Positions 13,382 through 26,219 of a stretch of DNA of 64,000 nucleotides are shown piece by piece (the stretch's first letter is position 1; every line of letters begins with the position of its first letter). Source of the stretch: Lobosporangium transversale (Eukaryota); NCBI RefSeq assembly GCF_002105155.1, contig NW_019028994.1:372001-436000 (forward strand), written 5' to 3'. A model generated the notes under the pieces. It was not told the origin of the DNA, made no database searches, and was given only the letters and a program-made list of their open reading frames with translations. The translations under genes were made by a program, and so were the position numbers.

Positions 13382-14128
13382 TTACTTGTCGTCTTCACCA
13401 TCGCCGTTGTGTTGGTCGTCATCACCGTTGTTCATGTCGTCCTCACCGTTGTTCATGTCGTCCTCACCGTTGTTCATGTCGTCCTCACCGTTGTTCATGT
13501 CGTCCTCACCGTTGTTCATGTCGTCCTCACCGTTGTTCATGTCACCGTCGCCGTTATGCTTGTCTTCTTCGTCTTCGTCGTCGTCGGGGTAGACTCTCGC
13601 AAATCTCCAGGCCAGAGTGTAGTTAGTTTGGCTTTCATACTTGAAAGAAACCCAGTTCATTTTGTCATCATTCTCCTCAAAAGTGTTGCTCTCACTGACA
13701 ACAAGTGTCTGGTTACGGAACTTTCTCGGGTGAGTGAGCTTATATCTGATGTATCTGCCTCTTCCCACTCTGGAAATGAACCACTTTTGACGAGTCTTAG
13801 TAACACCCAGGCTTGCTGATGGAAGGGCTCCGGATCTTCCTTCCGAGAGGTATTTGCTCTCATCTGCATCTTCATCATAGACTTCAAGAGACACCTGGTC
13901 TTTGCTATGGTTGCGGAGTCGCCACACTTGAAGCTTATCTTCATTGTTAAGCTCAATCTTCACGGAACCAGACCTAGCGTCTGGATAAGCAGTGAAGTAA
14001 CGGTTCCTGGCGGGCAAGCGATAGTACCCTTTGAAGATACGATAGTAACCGTTAGGAAGCAAAGGCTCTGCAATGGCCACACTGATGGCTGCGAGGATCG
14101 CAACCAATAAGACGGTAGCTTGATGCAT
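13382..14128 (-). CDS. Family A copy A2, 248 aa, with expanded acidic C-terminal repeat tail
   Basis: Same signal peptide and LLPNGYYRI start. Motifs QVW, QKW and LAW. The tail has five exact MNNGEDD units plus variants. Confidence 0.8.
   Translation of the reverse strand: MHQATVLLVAILAAISVAIAEPLLPNGYYRIFKGYYRLPARNRYFTAYPDARSGSVKIELNNEDKLQVWRLRNHSKDQVSLEVYDEDADESKYLSEGRSGALPSASLGVTKTRQKWFISRVGRGRYIRYKLTHPRKFRNQTLVVSESNTFEENDDKMNWVSFKYESQTNYTLAWRFARVYPDDDEDEEDKHNGDGDMNNGEDDMNNGEDDMNNGEDDMNNGEDDMNNGEDDMNNGDDDQHNGDGEDDK
13416..13560 (-). repeat. 21-bp coding tandem repeat (tcgtcctcaccgttgttcatg on + strand)
   Basis: Five exact units plus degenerate flanking units, encoding MNNGEDD in A2. Confidence 0.95.
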
Positions 14129-16131
14129 ACTATCCGTTGAGCACAGACTTAGTGAGCACTGCATTCATGATAAATGTAAAAGCATACAAAATATTTATTC
14201 TCACCTTGAGGTAGGGTAAACTTAGGAAATAGTTGTGTAGGGCAGACTAGAGTGTAGGCTTGAGAGAGTAAGGCAGACTTGAGTGCGTGAGAGAGGTAGA
14301 GAGATGTTGGTGAGCGAAGAAAAGCTTTGCTTTTATATACGATTTAGGTACTCTTGGCGTAGAGCTGCAGCGCGTGGTATATGACAAATAGTGCATGGCA
14401 TGCAAAAAGGGAAGTCGCAAATAAATCTGACAAAATGAAGAGTGACTCTCCTACTTCTAAATTTAACGAAGGTCAACATATTTGGCCAATTGGCATGCAT
14501 TGTTGATACGGCACCCCTTTATTGATATTTCCCTTTTTTTCTTCGCTGTTTTTTATTTCCCGGTTATGCTTGAAGCAGCTGCCAAACTCCTCAAATCGCA
14601 AGCTTTCTGTGTGAAACAATTGATTTGAACGCGAAGACCTCATTGTTACCGAGGGTTGGCTTATTTTTAGCATACGCCGTCTCTCATCTCAACCAGATTC
14701 CTACCGCCACCAACATCTGATTGATTCAATAGTCTTCTCTTTTCTTACAGGACCTATTGATTGTTGAGGCTAATCTATGCTCGCACACTTTGTGATTGGT
14801 TGTTTTTTTCTTATTGTACTGAGAGACCCCTATTATATTTATCTAATTTATCCATCCGTTTGCCACAGCTAGCTGTAATCAGTTTCACAAGTCTCTCTCA
14901 CGTCACTCCGTTTGGGCAATAGCACCAATTATATAAAAGAGATCTGCAACGGGGCTCTATGAATTGTCCAATTTTTTTTTCGGATACTACTAAACGTGGC
15001 AGCGGCTATAATAGAGTAATATTGGGAGCTTTTTATTATTGATATTATTATTGGCAATAAAATCGACTCGGCAGCATGAAGCGCTCATTGTAACTCAGGC
15101 TATAGAAAAAAAGAAAAAAAGAAAAAAAAAAAGAAAAGACTCTCAGACCCTCCTAATAATGTCATCCATTTCCAATCAATGTGCAAGATAGCGCAATTCT
15201 ACATGCACTTATGATGGTAGCATTATTTTAAAAATTGTAAACTTTTAAACCAATGTCTCGGCTTGCCCATTCTGAAAATGAAGAAAAAAAAAAAAAAAAA
15301 AAAAAACCACTATCTCCCCATCTTTTGCTAAAAATTGAGGCAAAAAAAGGAGTACCGGAATGGCATTGATATGGAGCTATAAGGGCCAAGACAGGAGCAA
15401 GAGTGCCATTACCACAGATATGAACTGAGCTGTGACTTTGCATGTATCGCCTAAATTCAGGAGGACCGCACAGACAATCACAGACAGGTTTTGTGAAAAA
15501 TGTATTCATTCATGCCTGGACAGGAATGAAGGAAAATCCCCATGACTTTAAAGGAGAGAGCTATGCCTCCAATGACATCCTGACTTGGCTGTAGCAGTAA
15601 TGATAACCTAGAGTCACATCTGCAAGCAAAAAGGGATGGGAATCTCTCTTCTTCGGAAAGAACCCCTTTCTTTCTGTACTCGAGCCTCCCAGGTAAAAAG
15701 AAATCAAAAAGCCACCTTTATCCCGCTCAAAAGCCAAGTTGTCCTAGGATGCTGCTAAGACCAGTCATGAGCTTATATATCACAACAGGTCAGTATCACT
15801 CGTATCAATTGCTCGCTATTTTACAGCTTGGCATTCCCATTGCCTCAAGTCATTATCAGTGCAAATGAAAGTTACAGCTAAAGAGTCTTGGTTGTTGATT
15901 TCTCCTTCAGATTTCATATGTAAAATGATCTCTTTTTTTTGTCGCGCCTTTACTATTTACTCTGCATAGTGCACAAAGCCATATCTGACCGCTTATTGCT
16001 TTTGTGTTCATACTTTCATTTTCTATATTTTTAAACTCAATACTAAAACAGTAGTGAGACTATTCTCGGTAGCTAGGACAAGGCTTTTGAAGGGTTCTTT
16101 TTAGTTTCAAAAGGATGTCAGAGGCTCGCCT

Positions 16132-16629
16132 CTAGTGGACAGGAGTGAAGTTCCAAGGCTGCTTGCCTCTGGGATTGCCATCGGAGAGGTGAGCAATGCG
16201 CTTGGGATATACAGTGTCAGGAGTGACATCGACATTGAGCCACTTGTCATGGACCTTCACTGGGTACACGATCTTGTACTTGCCGTCATCAGCCTTTTCG
16301 AGCGTCCACTTCTGGCTAGTGCCACTAACAGCCAAGTAAGCATACTCCTTGGCACCAGATCGGCTCAATGAGAGGTATCGCTGGTGGTATCCGCGAGGAG
16401 AAAGAGTGACCTTGTCACCAGCATGGTTACGGAGATACCATTCCTGATAATAACCAGGAGCTGACAGAGACTCCTGGTAAGTGGCAGGCCAGTACCCGGT
16501 GCCTCCTGTTTTAGTGGTGATATAGCGGTTATCGATGGAGATGCGGTAGTATCCATCAGGGAGAAGCGCAGCCACGGCCACGTTAACGATTGCGAGGGCT
16601 GTAGCCAAGAAAGCGAGTGGTTGATACAT
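16132..16629 (-). CDS. Family B copy B2, 165 aa
   Basis: MYQPLAFLATALAIVNVAVA signal peptide and QEW/QKW/QPW motifs. Confidence 0.8.
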   Translation of the reverse strand: MYQPLAFLATALAIVNVAVAALLPDGYYRISIDNRYITTKTGGTGYWPATYQESLSAPGYYQEWYLRNHAGDKVTLSPRGYHQRYLSLSRSGAKEYAYLAVSGTSQKWTLEKADDGKYKIVYPVKVHDKWLNVDVTPDTVYPKRIAHLSDGNPRGKQPWNFTPVH

Positions 16630-18092
16630 CCTATTCAATAGTCGCAGACATAGCAAAGCGTTAGCATGAGATATAGTCCGTTAAAAGAAAATATAACGAC
16701 AAACCCCTGTCAGAGCGGTGCTCAGGATCAGGTAAGAAGGCTTACCTGAAAAGGTTGAGTTGAAGAAGTAGGCTAGAGAAGGAGGCTAAAGAAGTAGGTA
16801 AGACAGGTAGAGTGCAAGAGCTGTGAGCGTTGGTTGATGATTGAGGATTGCTCTGAGGAACCCGTCCTTTTTATATGGATTTTGTCTTCTTTGTAACGTC
16901 TAGATTGACATGGCCGCGCAGCCAGCTTTACGTACCTGATAGTTACTCCCAGGGGTTCTAGATAAGTAAGTACGCGCAGCTCGCAACTATAGCCAATGAG
17001 ACTGATGTTTAAAGTGCCTTTGTTCTTTCATGCTTTCCTTCCAACGGTCTACTCTTCCTCCCGATCATGTATCTCGCAGATAGGCCATGTTTCATTGATC
17101 TAAACGCAGCCACCTCATTGTCTATGGTATGAATTTGCATTTTTATTTTTAGGAGGGCCAATCCATGTGCCTGTTCTCTTTTTTATTTTTATTTCTTCAT
17201 ACTTTTTACCTTGTCATCCATCGTGTGCTTCTAATCACTAGAGTCGCGAAGAGGCTCAGACATAGCCCATCATAGAAAGGTGAGGCTTCTCTAATACAAC
17301 GAAAATATATAAGGACTGAGATACGATTCCCTTTTTTATTTTTGAGATAGAGGGATCTATGGCTTAAGTCGTAATTGACACGATTTATTCTAAGCACTCA
17401 AAACCATCCAGCCAGGGCAAGTGTGCTTTGCTGTTCATTGATTCGCAGGAAGGAAGGGACTTCGTCCTTATGAGGCAAATGGCAATGCCAAAGATAAATA
17501 TAGCCAACTGACAATGAAGCATAGCCTACCAATATCAGCTCATGTGACTGATGCTTAATAAAATCTGCCCTTGCCTCATTTTCCTGCTCCTTGCGACATT
17601 TTATTGCAGTCCATAGATCTCACTTCCCAGCAATCATGATGTAAGGCGTAAATGGAAAAGGTCTGGAACCAACTCTAAACTGATTTAGCAAATTGCCACT
17701 AATTTAGGCTTCAAGTCCAAGATATTCACATATTCCTAAGATCAAGGCTTATACTCTTACGTGTACTGCACTTTGCGCTTATTAACTAAATCCTTGCTTT
17801 TTTATACATGTTCGGCCAGCATGTGCAAGTGATTCAATATCTTGTATTGAATAGAAGTACATTCAAGTGGATCAGTAGTAGTTGTTAACAAAGCATTGCT
17901 TTCGGTATATCGTGTTGTATTTCTTCTGAGCCATGAGATTTCTCTCAACATTAGTTAATCTATCTTTGAACACTAACACCAGCAATGCCAACAGATTATA
18001 TTCGTCTAAGGAGGTAATGATAAGGATATAGACTGGAGTTTTCTCTCGCTTTACGCTCTTTTTATTTATATTTTTTAATTTTTTAATTTTTT

Positions 18093-18398
18093 GAATAAAA
18101 CAGTTCATGGATGTATTCCAACTTCTAACAGCAGTTACCAAGACTGCAAAGGATTATGAAGCTTAGGGGCTGAAGATTCACTCGCTCAGCTCAGGAATCA
18201 TTTATAACCTCTCACCTACTAAAAAGGTATGTCATCAACTGTTGATTGCTATCATGGGACGTCGTTTGTATCTCCTAGAAATCAACAATTTCCACAACGC
18301 GTCCCTCTATGAGCTTTTGACTATGGCCAATCATTGGCTAACCTAATTTAGTAGTTTTTTTTTTTATTTTCTTGTGGGTGCATAGATCACAGAATCTC
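18093..18398 (+). pseudogene. CGI121: CGI121 fragment (exon 2, intron 2, start of exon 3)
   Basis: Matches 4720-5052. It has an in-frame TAG (gaagcttag) and is followed by a deletion junction. Confidence 0.8.
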
Positions 18399-20012
18399 AA
18401 TCATACATTTCTAATTGACTGAAAACCCAGGATGTAGTTCTCATTAGCACATAAAAATGAGTAGACCTGAAGGGCTATTTCATAAAAAATGTTTCACAAC
18501 GAGCATTTATAGTACTCTGATGGTATCGCTCAGGTCCAGATCCATTTTTTCCAATGAGCTTGGAAATATTACTATTACTGGCCAGATTGAATAACATGGC
18601 ACCTTATAAATGTACGTAGTTTCCTTAGCTATCTTTTTACTTCTGTTTTGGGAGCGGCTCTAGGTTATGTTACTATTCGATAATAAAAAAGTACAGATTT
18701 GTCGTTTTGGCTCGATGAATAAAGTAAAGGACATGAACAAGGGGACTCATCCATACTTTACGAGGCTACCATATGATAGTGGTATACGTGGTTTTTTTGC
18801 CTCGTGGTCACTTAGTTGTTTCGTATGATGAAAATGGTAAGATCCGGGCCTAGGCAGCAGGATCATTGGATCTTCTATATGGAGAAATACATGAAAACTA
18901 CTCGAGGTTAATATTGGATACGTAACCGGCAGCCGGGGGACATTATTCAGTTATAGCTCTGGTTATATAGGCTTGCAGGTGCAAGATGCAGGGCACAACG
19001 AGCTTGGTATGGATCACAGTGAGACTACACATTTATATGTGCCCAACACATGTCCACCACATAGCCAACAGATGATTGGTGGAGGTGATAGTGAGTCAGT
19101 AAGTCTGGTAGATAGAGAATCAGAAATAGGACTGCATACAAACAGGCTAGAAGAGCATGTTATGAAGATCAATGAAGTACCTTATTCACCTGATGGGAAG
19201 CATAGATTTTCTCGCACAGTGAAGAATGATTGTTGGATTTCGATTTCGATCAGTGCTTGATTGTGGGCATAAGATTTATTTTTAAATAAAACGACCAAGG
19301 TAGAGGGTATCAGACAAATGCCCTCATAGTGCTAGCAGCATGTGTATTTAAGATGTAGTTGAATTGTATGTTGCTAACAGGAAGCTTTGGTGCAACATGG
19401 AGCTACAAACAAGCATGCTCTTTCCTAGCCACACATGAGGCATCTATTCACACTATGACGACATTACCAATGTCATCCATTCAAGTTCAAAAACTCTAGC
19501 CTTTTGAAACTTATCATCAAGATCCACTAAGAGGGACAGACTGAGAGGCATCATTGGTTATATTTACGGTAGTAAGCAGCTCGGCCAAAGACTACCGGCT
19601 CAAAAGCAATCAGTGCAACGAAGAAGATCAATATGCGGTGTAGCGCTGAGGATAAGTCTAAGAGGGGAAAAGTGTGCAGGAATATCTAAAAAAAAAGGAG
19701 CACCTTTTATTGACATTGCCAAATCAAATAGTCTCACACTAACCACCAAATAAATCGACCACTTTGGCCTGGATCAACATCTCTCTACTAGTGTGGTTTC
19801 CTCCATTTACTGTTTAGCCTTTGCATTGTAAAGGAGTGGGCACGAGGGGTTATCTCAACAAGGACAGTTTTTTTTTCTTTTTTTTTTTTTATAGTATATA
19901 TATATTTTATTTAATTAATAGAATTGAGAGTACAAACATCTGCGTTACGGAAGAATTGCCTTCGAAGCTGAACTGAAGCTGGACTGAGAACTTGGCCTGA
20001 ACTTTCGACTAT

Positions 20013-20594
20013 TTACTTATCATCTTCGTCGTCGTTGTGCTTGTCGCCTTCACTGTCGTTAATGTTGACTTTCGCAAATTTCCACGCCTGGGTGTAGCCT
20101 TCTTGGCCTTCATACCTAAAAGAAACGAAATTTATTTTATCTTCGTCGGAGCCGCTCTCGCTGACAACAAGTGTCTGGTTATCGAACTTTCTCGGATGGG
20201 TGAGCATATATCTGGTGTAAGAGCTTACTCCAACCTTAGTAATGAACCACCTTTGTCGCTCTTCAGTAACGCCCAGATGTGCTCCTGGAAGGGCGCCAGA
20301 TCTTCCTTCCGAGAGGTATTTCCTCTCATCTGCATCCTTATCATAGACCTCAAGGGACACTCGGCCTTTGCTATGGTTGCGAAGCCGCCACACTTGAAGT
20401 TTGCCTTCATCTTTGAGCTCAAGCCTCACGGAGCCAGTTCTAGCATCTGGATAAGCAGTGAAGTAGCGGTTTCTGGCGGGCACGTGGAAGGTTCCTTTAT
20501 AAATGCGGTAGTAACCATCTTGAAGCAAAGGCTCCGCGATGGCAACACTAATGATCGCAAGGATCGCAATCAATAAGACGGCGACTTGGTGCAT
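20013..20594 (-). CDS. Family A copy A3, 193 aa
   Basis: Signal peptide, EPLLQDGYYRI, QVW/QRW/QAW motifs and an acidic tail. Confidence 0.8.
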   Translation of the reverse strand: MHQVAVLLIAILAIISVAIAEPLLQDGYYRIYKGTFHVPARNRYFTAYPDARTGSVRLELKDEGKLQVWRLRNHSKGRVSLEVYDKDADERKYLSEGRSGALPGAHLGVTEERQRWFITKVGVSSYTRYMLTHPRKFDNQTLVVSESGSDEDKINFVSFRYEGQEGYTQAWKFAKVNINDSEGDKHNDDEDDK

Positions 20595-22529
20595 ACTATA
20601 CATTAGATGTAGTCTTAGTGAGTAGGGAGGAATAAACTGAATGGATACTTTTATGACAAAAATAATGGCATACGAAATATAACTCAAAAGCCTATGCTCA
20701 CCTTAAGATTAGATAGACTTGAGGGAGGCAGAATTGAATGTGTGTTAGGGGATTGAGGAATGTTGTTGAACGGAGGTAAACTTTGCTTTTATATGTTTTT
20801 TTTTATGTGTAATGCTGTACGAGGAACCCTTGGCGTAGAGCTGCAACAGCGCGTGGTATGTTACACATAACACACGGCATGCAAAAAGAAATCACGAATC
20901 AATCCAAATGATGAATGGTCCCTCCTTTATCTAAATTTAACGCAAAGTCAACGCCTTCAGCAAGCTGACATGCATTTCTGACACGGCGTCCCTTTATTGA
21001 CATTTACTTTTTTTTTTTTTTTTTTTTTTCGGTCCATATGCCCAAAGCAACGGCCAAAACATAAAGCATAAGCTTTTTGTGTGAAACAATTGATCTGAGC
21101 GCAAAGACCTCATTGTTACCGACAGTTAGCTTATTTTTAGACTACGCCGCCTCACCTTAAATATCTGTGCCTCAATAGGTTTCTCTTTTCTTACAGAACT
21201 CGTTGGTTGTTGAGACCAGTTACTATTTCTAGCTTTTTTTTTCTTCCTATTACTGAGAGGCCACTATCTTATTTATTGACTTGCTTGTCATAGTTGGATG
21301 CGATCAGCTTCACAAGTCGTCATACCATTTAGGCAACAGTGTCAAGTATATAAAGCGAGATCTGTACGGCGTTCTATAAATTGCCAGAAGTTACTAAACG
21401 TGGCAATGGTCATAGTAGAAAATATTGAGAGTTTTTTTTTTATTTATTTTTTTTATAATATTGTTAATATGAGGTGCTCGTTGAGTGTCAGACTACAGAT
21501 AAAAAAAAAAAGGAAAATATCCTTAGACTCTCCTAGTGATGTCACCTCTATTTTCTCCCAAGGTAGCACATTTCTACTTGTGTTTATAACAGAAACATTA
21601 CTTTAAAATGGCTAGCTCATTTTCAAAAATAAAAATAAAATTTAAAAACCACCATCTTTTGCTAGAAATCAAGGTAAAAGAAGGAGTGCCGCCATGACAT
21701 TGACCAAGACAGGAACAAGAGTGCCATCACCATAGTAGCTTAGACATGAGCTGAGTTGTGACTTCATTTTACATGCACCGCCTGAATTCAGGAGAACCTG
21801 CACAGACAATCACAGACAGGTTTTGCAGGTATACTCAATCATCGATGTATCATGAAAAATGTACTCATTCATGCCTGCAGGAGTGAAGGACAATCCCCAT
21901 GGCTTTAAAGGAGAGGACTATGGACATTCTCACTAAGCCTCCAATGACACCCTGACTTTGGCTGTAGCAGTAATGGTAACTTAGGATAACATCTGCAAGC
22001 AAAAAGGAGAGGACTCTCTCTTCTTCGGAAAGAACCCCTTTCTTTTTGTACTCGAGTTTCCCAGATGAAAAGGAGTCAGAAAGCTACCTTTATCCTGCTC
22101 AGGAGTCGAGTTGGCTGGGAAGGCTATTAAAACCAGTTGTGGGTCCATAGATCACAGCAGGTCAGCAGTGCTCGGTAAAATTGCTTACTTTACATCTTGG
22201 CGTCCATGTGTTCCTAGTTACCTCAAGTCATATGTACCAATGCAAATGAAAGTTACAGATAAAGGAGCTTATTGTTTTCAAGTCTTGCTCAGATTCCGCT
22301 TTGTAAGACGACCTTTTTGTATTGTCGCATATTTACTATTTACTCCATGGGAATCCTGTATAATGCACAAAGGGTCTATCTGATCGCTTTATTGCCTTTA
22401 TGTTCATACTTTCATTTCTATTTTTTTTCAAACACTTAATACTATAACAGCAGCGAGACTATCCTCAATATCTAGGACAAGGCCTTTGAGGGTTTCATTT
22501 AGTTTAAAAGGGATGTCAGGGACTCGCCT

Positions 22530-22874
22530 CTAGTGGACAGGAGTGAAGTTCCAAGGTTGCTTGCCTCTGGGATTGCCATCAGGGAGAAGAGCAATGCGCT
22601 TGGGATATACAGTGTCAGGAGTGACATCGACATTGAGCCACTTGCCATGGACCTTCACTGGGTACACGATCTTGTACTTGCCGTCATCAGCCTTTTCGAG
22701 CGTCCACTTCTGGCTAGTGCCACTAACAGCCAAGTAAGCATACTCTTTGCCATCAGATCGGCTCAACGAGAGGTATCGCTGGTGGTATCCGCGAGGAGAA
22801 AGAGTGACCTTGTCACCAGCATGGTTACGGAGATACCATTCCTGATAATAGCCAGAAACTGACAAAGCCTCCTG
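22530..22874 (-). pseudogene. Family B copy B3, 5'-truncated
   Basis: Homology to the B genes stops abruptly at ~22874 (codons QE). The signal peptide, first subdomain start and promoter are replaced by unrelated DNA. Confidence 0.85.
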
Positions 22875-22879
22875 CCTGG

Positions 22880-23397
22880 CAATATCATTCACGAACTTAC
22901 AAGAGTCAATGCCAAGATGAAGAAACACCTGATGAAATCAAATCGTACTTTAGCATGGATGAGATTTTTGGGTTTTTATTCCACTGGTTTGTTATTGGTG
23001 ATAAGGATTTTATTCTTGAATATCAGGCGCAATTAGTGGAGGCTGCATTGGGTCGAATCTAGATGCTTGGAGCCCAAGTTCTTGTGGTTATAAACGAACT
23101 ATCCATCCTAAAGGCTGTCATCAATTATCTTAGGGAGATTGACTCTTTGTTTTTTAATGCCGTGCAACAGTCAATGCTTCGATCAACAAATGCCTGTGTT
23201 CGTGGGACAATGTGGGGAGCCCCATGCCAGTCCTCTTAATTGAAACACTCGAAACACGGCCTCTGGATTCATGGCCACTACTTCCAAATAATACTATATC
23301 TGCGGCGTACACAGAAATACGAAGATCGTCGAATAAAGCGTATCCATTGGGTGAATGTATCAGTCACGTGGGAGGATTTGTTGTGACTGGTCATTAA
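22880..23397 (+). pseudogene. Disrupted coding fragment resembling Crinkler-like proteins of Mortierellaceae
   Basis: Manual translation ...AQLVEAALGRI*MLGAQVLVVINELSILKAVINYLREID...MLRSTNACVRGTMW/PMPVLLIETLETRPLDSWPLL. There is a stop at 23060-23062 and a frameshift near 23215. The family assignment is from recalled motif similarity only. Confidence 0.4.
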
Positions 23398-23517
23398 TAG
23401 TTATTTTATTATTTTGTATCTACTAATTAGGACAAGCTAAAGGAATCTTAAAGCCTTTTAAGCTACAGGCGAGTCCACCTCACCTAGAAAGCACCACAGT
23501 CAGCCCTGTGGCTAGAT

Positions 23518-23674
23518 CAGTGCTCCTATTCGATTCGAATAAGCTATCCTGGATCGATTCGAATGACGTGAATGGTTCGATTCGAGTATTGAATGGCTCG
23601 AGTATCGAATGGTTCGAATGAATCGAATGAATCGAATTTAGATATCTATTCGAATGGTTCGAATAGGAGCACCG
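23518..23674. mobile_element. 157-bp hAT-related MITE
   Basis: TIRs cagtgctcctattcga / tcgaataggagcaccg (1 mismatch) and internal tcgaat subterminal repeats. The TIR resembles the right end of the hAT at 33515-33531. No TSD was recognised. Confidence 0.7.
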
Positions 23675-25327
23675 CGCTGCAATCGATACTGTCTTTCTTT
23701 TATTAAGGAATGATGGCTATGGTGAACATAAGTCTACTCTAAACTGCGGTTATATTCACCGTCTGTGTGGGTTAACAGCATCAAGGAAGTTGCACGGTTA
23801 TGCTTTGACTTCAGTCAATTGACCATTTTCCTATTTTTTTACCCCTCTGCCTCCTATATCATCTTTAGATAATGTTTATAGCTGGACAAGAGCAGGATCA
23901 CCACCACTGCTGTTCTCCAGTCATGTGGCTAAACAGATATAAGTGAGTGAATGGGAACACCAACTTTTCTTATTACACTGTTGAGTAGACTCGTAGCAAA
24001 TAAACAAGTAATTTGATAAAAGAAGAAAAATAAAAGCGAGTGTGGATTTCTCATGACGATCAAGACTTTACTAAAATGAAAAGTGGTTAAATGATGTAAG
24101 ATTCCGGGTCCAATTGGTGAGGGATGCATTTATACAACTCAAGGTCGCAAAAAAAGGGGCACCACTCCCCGTTAGTCAGCATACGATGATTATTATCAGA
24201 TACGAATCCTCGTAGATCACATTCATTTATTAAAAAAAAAAAAAAAAAAAAAAATATGAAAGACACCTTCAGCACTATCTTAGGCAGCTAGCTGTGCCTA
24301 CTCCTGTTCATACATGCTCTTATGGCCATAGGGGCTCCTGCAGCATCATATGGGCCCGATTGGCTGCAGTGATTTTCGCTGATGCATTTTTTTTCACCAA
24401 TGTGCCAAAGCCTAGATATTTTTTCACTGGTGGGCTTGACAAGCGCGATGCGCTACTGACCTACAAGTAGCGGTATGGTGTATTCTAATACTAAGGTATC
24501 CTGGTGCGCCCTTAATACACCATATCAGAAAGCACTGATGATGAGAATTTCTGAGTGGTAGTGCGCCGCATTGATACCAGGCTAGTGTATTGCCATTCCA
24601 AGCTCTTTAAGAGGTATGAACCCTAGGATATGTCGCTATAGTTAAAGTTTCGTAACAAATAAACAAATAAATAAACTAAGCCTTTTCTAGGGCGACAAAT
24701 GTCGTTCAATTATATCGATCATTATGTTACATACGTCTCTTATTCATGACTCTTGTCCTATATATTCCTTTAGGAAGAGGTGCTTGCTTTCATCATGTAA
24801 ATCTGATTCAATAAATATCTGTAAGCAAAATGGGTTGTCGTGTTTGTATCTGCTTTACTTCAAAAGAATAATTAACCGGATCATTTCTAAACGATATTCA
24901 GTAATACAGCAGTCGAATCGTTGTTTCAGCAGGATGTTGACGAAATCAATATTGAACAACCATTTTCCCTCTTTTCCCTTTTGGATAAATATCCTCACCT
25001 CGACAGTGAAAGAAGTGTGTATTTGACTGCCGTAGTTGCTCGGAAGTGGCCACAATTGGGTAAGAGGTCTCGAACCTACAGGTGCCTGTGGTGGATAGTA
25101 ACTTGTATCAAGAGCTGGGTAATATGAATATTATTAAGACCGTCCCATCAAAACTGGGCGTTGACCATCAGCCCTTGGTTTGTGAGGGAAAAGAAAATGC
25201 CTTTGAGGTTTGTGTAATTGTGAACATTGACGCTTGAAATACTTGAAATCCTACTCCAACTCTGTTTCGCACCTCGCCCATTTCCCACTCTTTTCCGTAA
25301 TCGTGAGTTATCCGTCGACCATGCAGC

Positions 25328-25439
25328 AGGGTCAAGCTTGTCGCTCTTTTTGGCTTGACTCTTTCAAATATAAATGGTTTACTTAACAAAATTCTAATAA
25401 TTGAAAAGGACTAACCAAAAGAGCGACAAGCTTGACCCT
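25328..25439. repeat. 112-bp fold-back with a 23-bp perfect inverted repeat (possible mini-MITE)
   Basis: agggtcaagcttgtcgctctttt (25328-25350) pairs with aaaagagcgacaagcttgaccct (25417-25439). Confidence 0.7.
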
Positions 25440-26219
25440 CTGAAATGGGCGAATCATTGGTGTGTAGATTGCCAATGACTCAGCTCACATTTGTTCTGCA
25501 TATTTCATACAAAAATAATTTTTTTGTACCTCTGCATCTCGCGTGTGTAACAACATGCATTCTACATGCGCTCTGTAAAAACATCTGTTCTTATAGAGAC
25601 GCGTGGTTATATTTTTTGATATGACTTTAATAACAACATCAATAAATACCTCATGGGCGTGGTGTGCGGACCTGCGCCTTTATCCCTACTTTATCACCTG
25701 TATACTTCTCTGTCCATACAGAGCAGCCCAATCCAATTGTGTATTATTTACCTAACACCTCAACTGCGTACCCATAGTCAACTGGAAAAGCGGTATTGGG
25801 GTTGCACAACAAAAAATCATCTCCGACCCGTAGCACAACTATATTGCGTACCATATATCCAGCAGTTTAGCCCTTACTTGTACCTGTGTTATGATCTGAC
25901 AAGTTCCTGGAAAATGTATAAATACCCTTCTATTTCCTCACAGAGGTTGTCACACAGACAATCTCTTTCACAGAGCCATTACAAGAACAATCTCCCACAC
26001 CGGACCTTCGCCAGAGCACCTTAGACCCCTAGCAAGGACGTCCACATCCCTTGACCAGATCCTTGTAAGACTATATTATTGAACTTTCGTATTATAATTA
26101 AACATATGTTCGCATTCATAACTGCCCCTTTTTAAAAATGACTTCCTATTTTATTAATACTTTTGTTTTATTTTTTTTCTATTCAACACATCTAGTACTC
26201 ATCCTTAGCATTATTCACA

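Noticed and set aside
13416..13560. Short direct repeats as a possible CRISPR array
   Set aside because: They are head-to-tail 21-bp coding repeats without spacers, in a eukaryotic gene.
22111..22383. Recurrent spacer ORFs (MAGKAIKTS..., MGPQLVLIAF..., MNISLIGYS...)
   Set aside because: They occur only in near-identical recent duplicates and are broken in the more diverged spacer copies, so they are not supported as genes.
22875..22928. N-terminus of ORF 22530..22928 as a novel B fusion protein
   Set aside because: It is chance read-through into insert DNA with a non-ATG start, no signal peptide and no B promoter.
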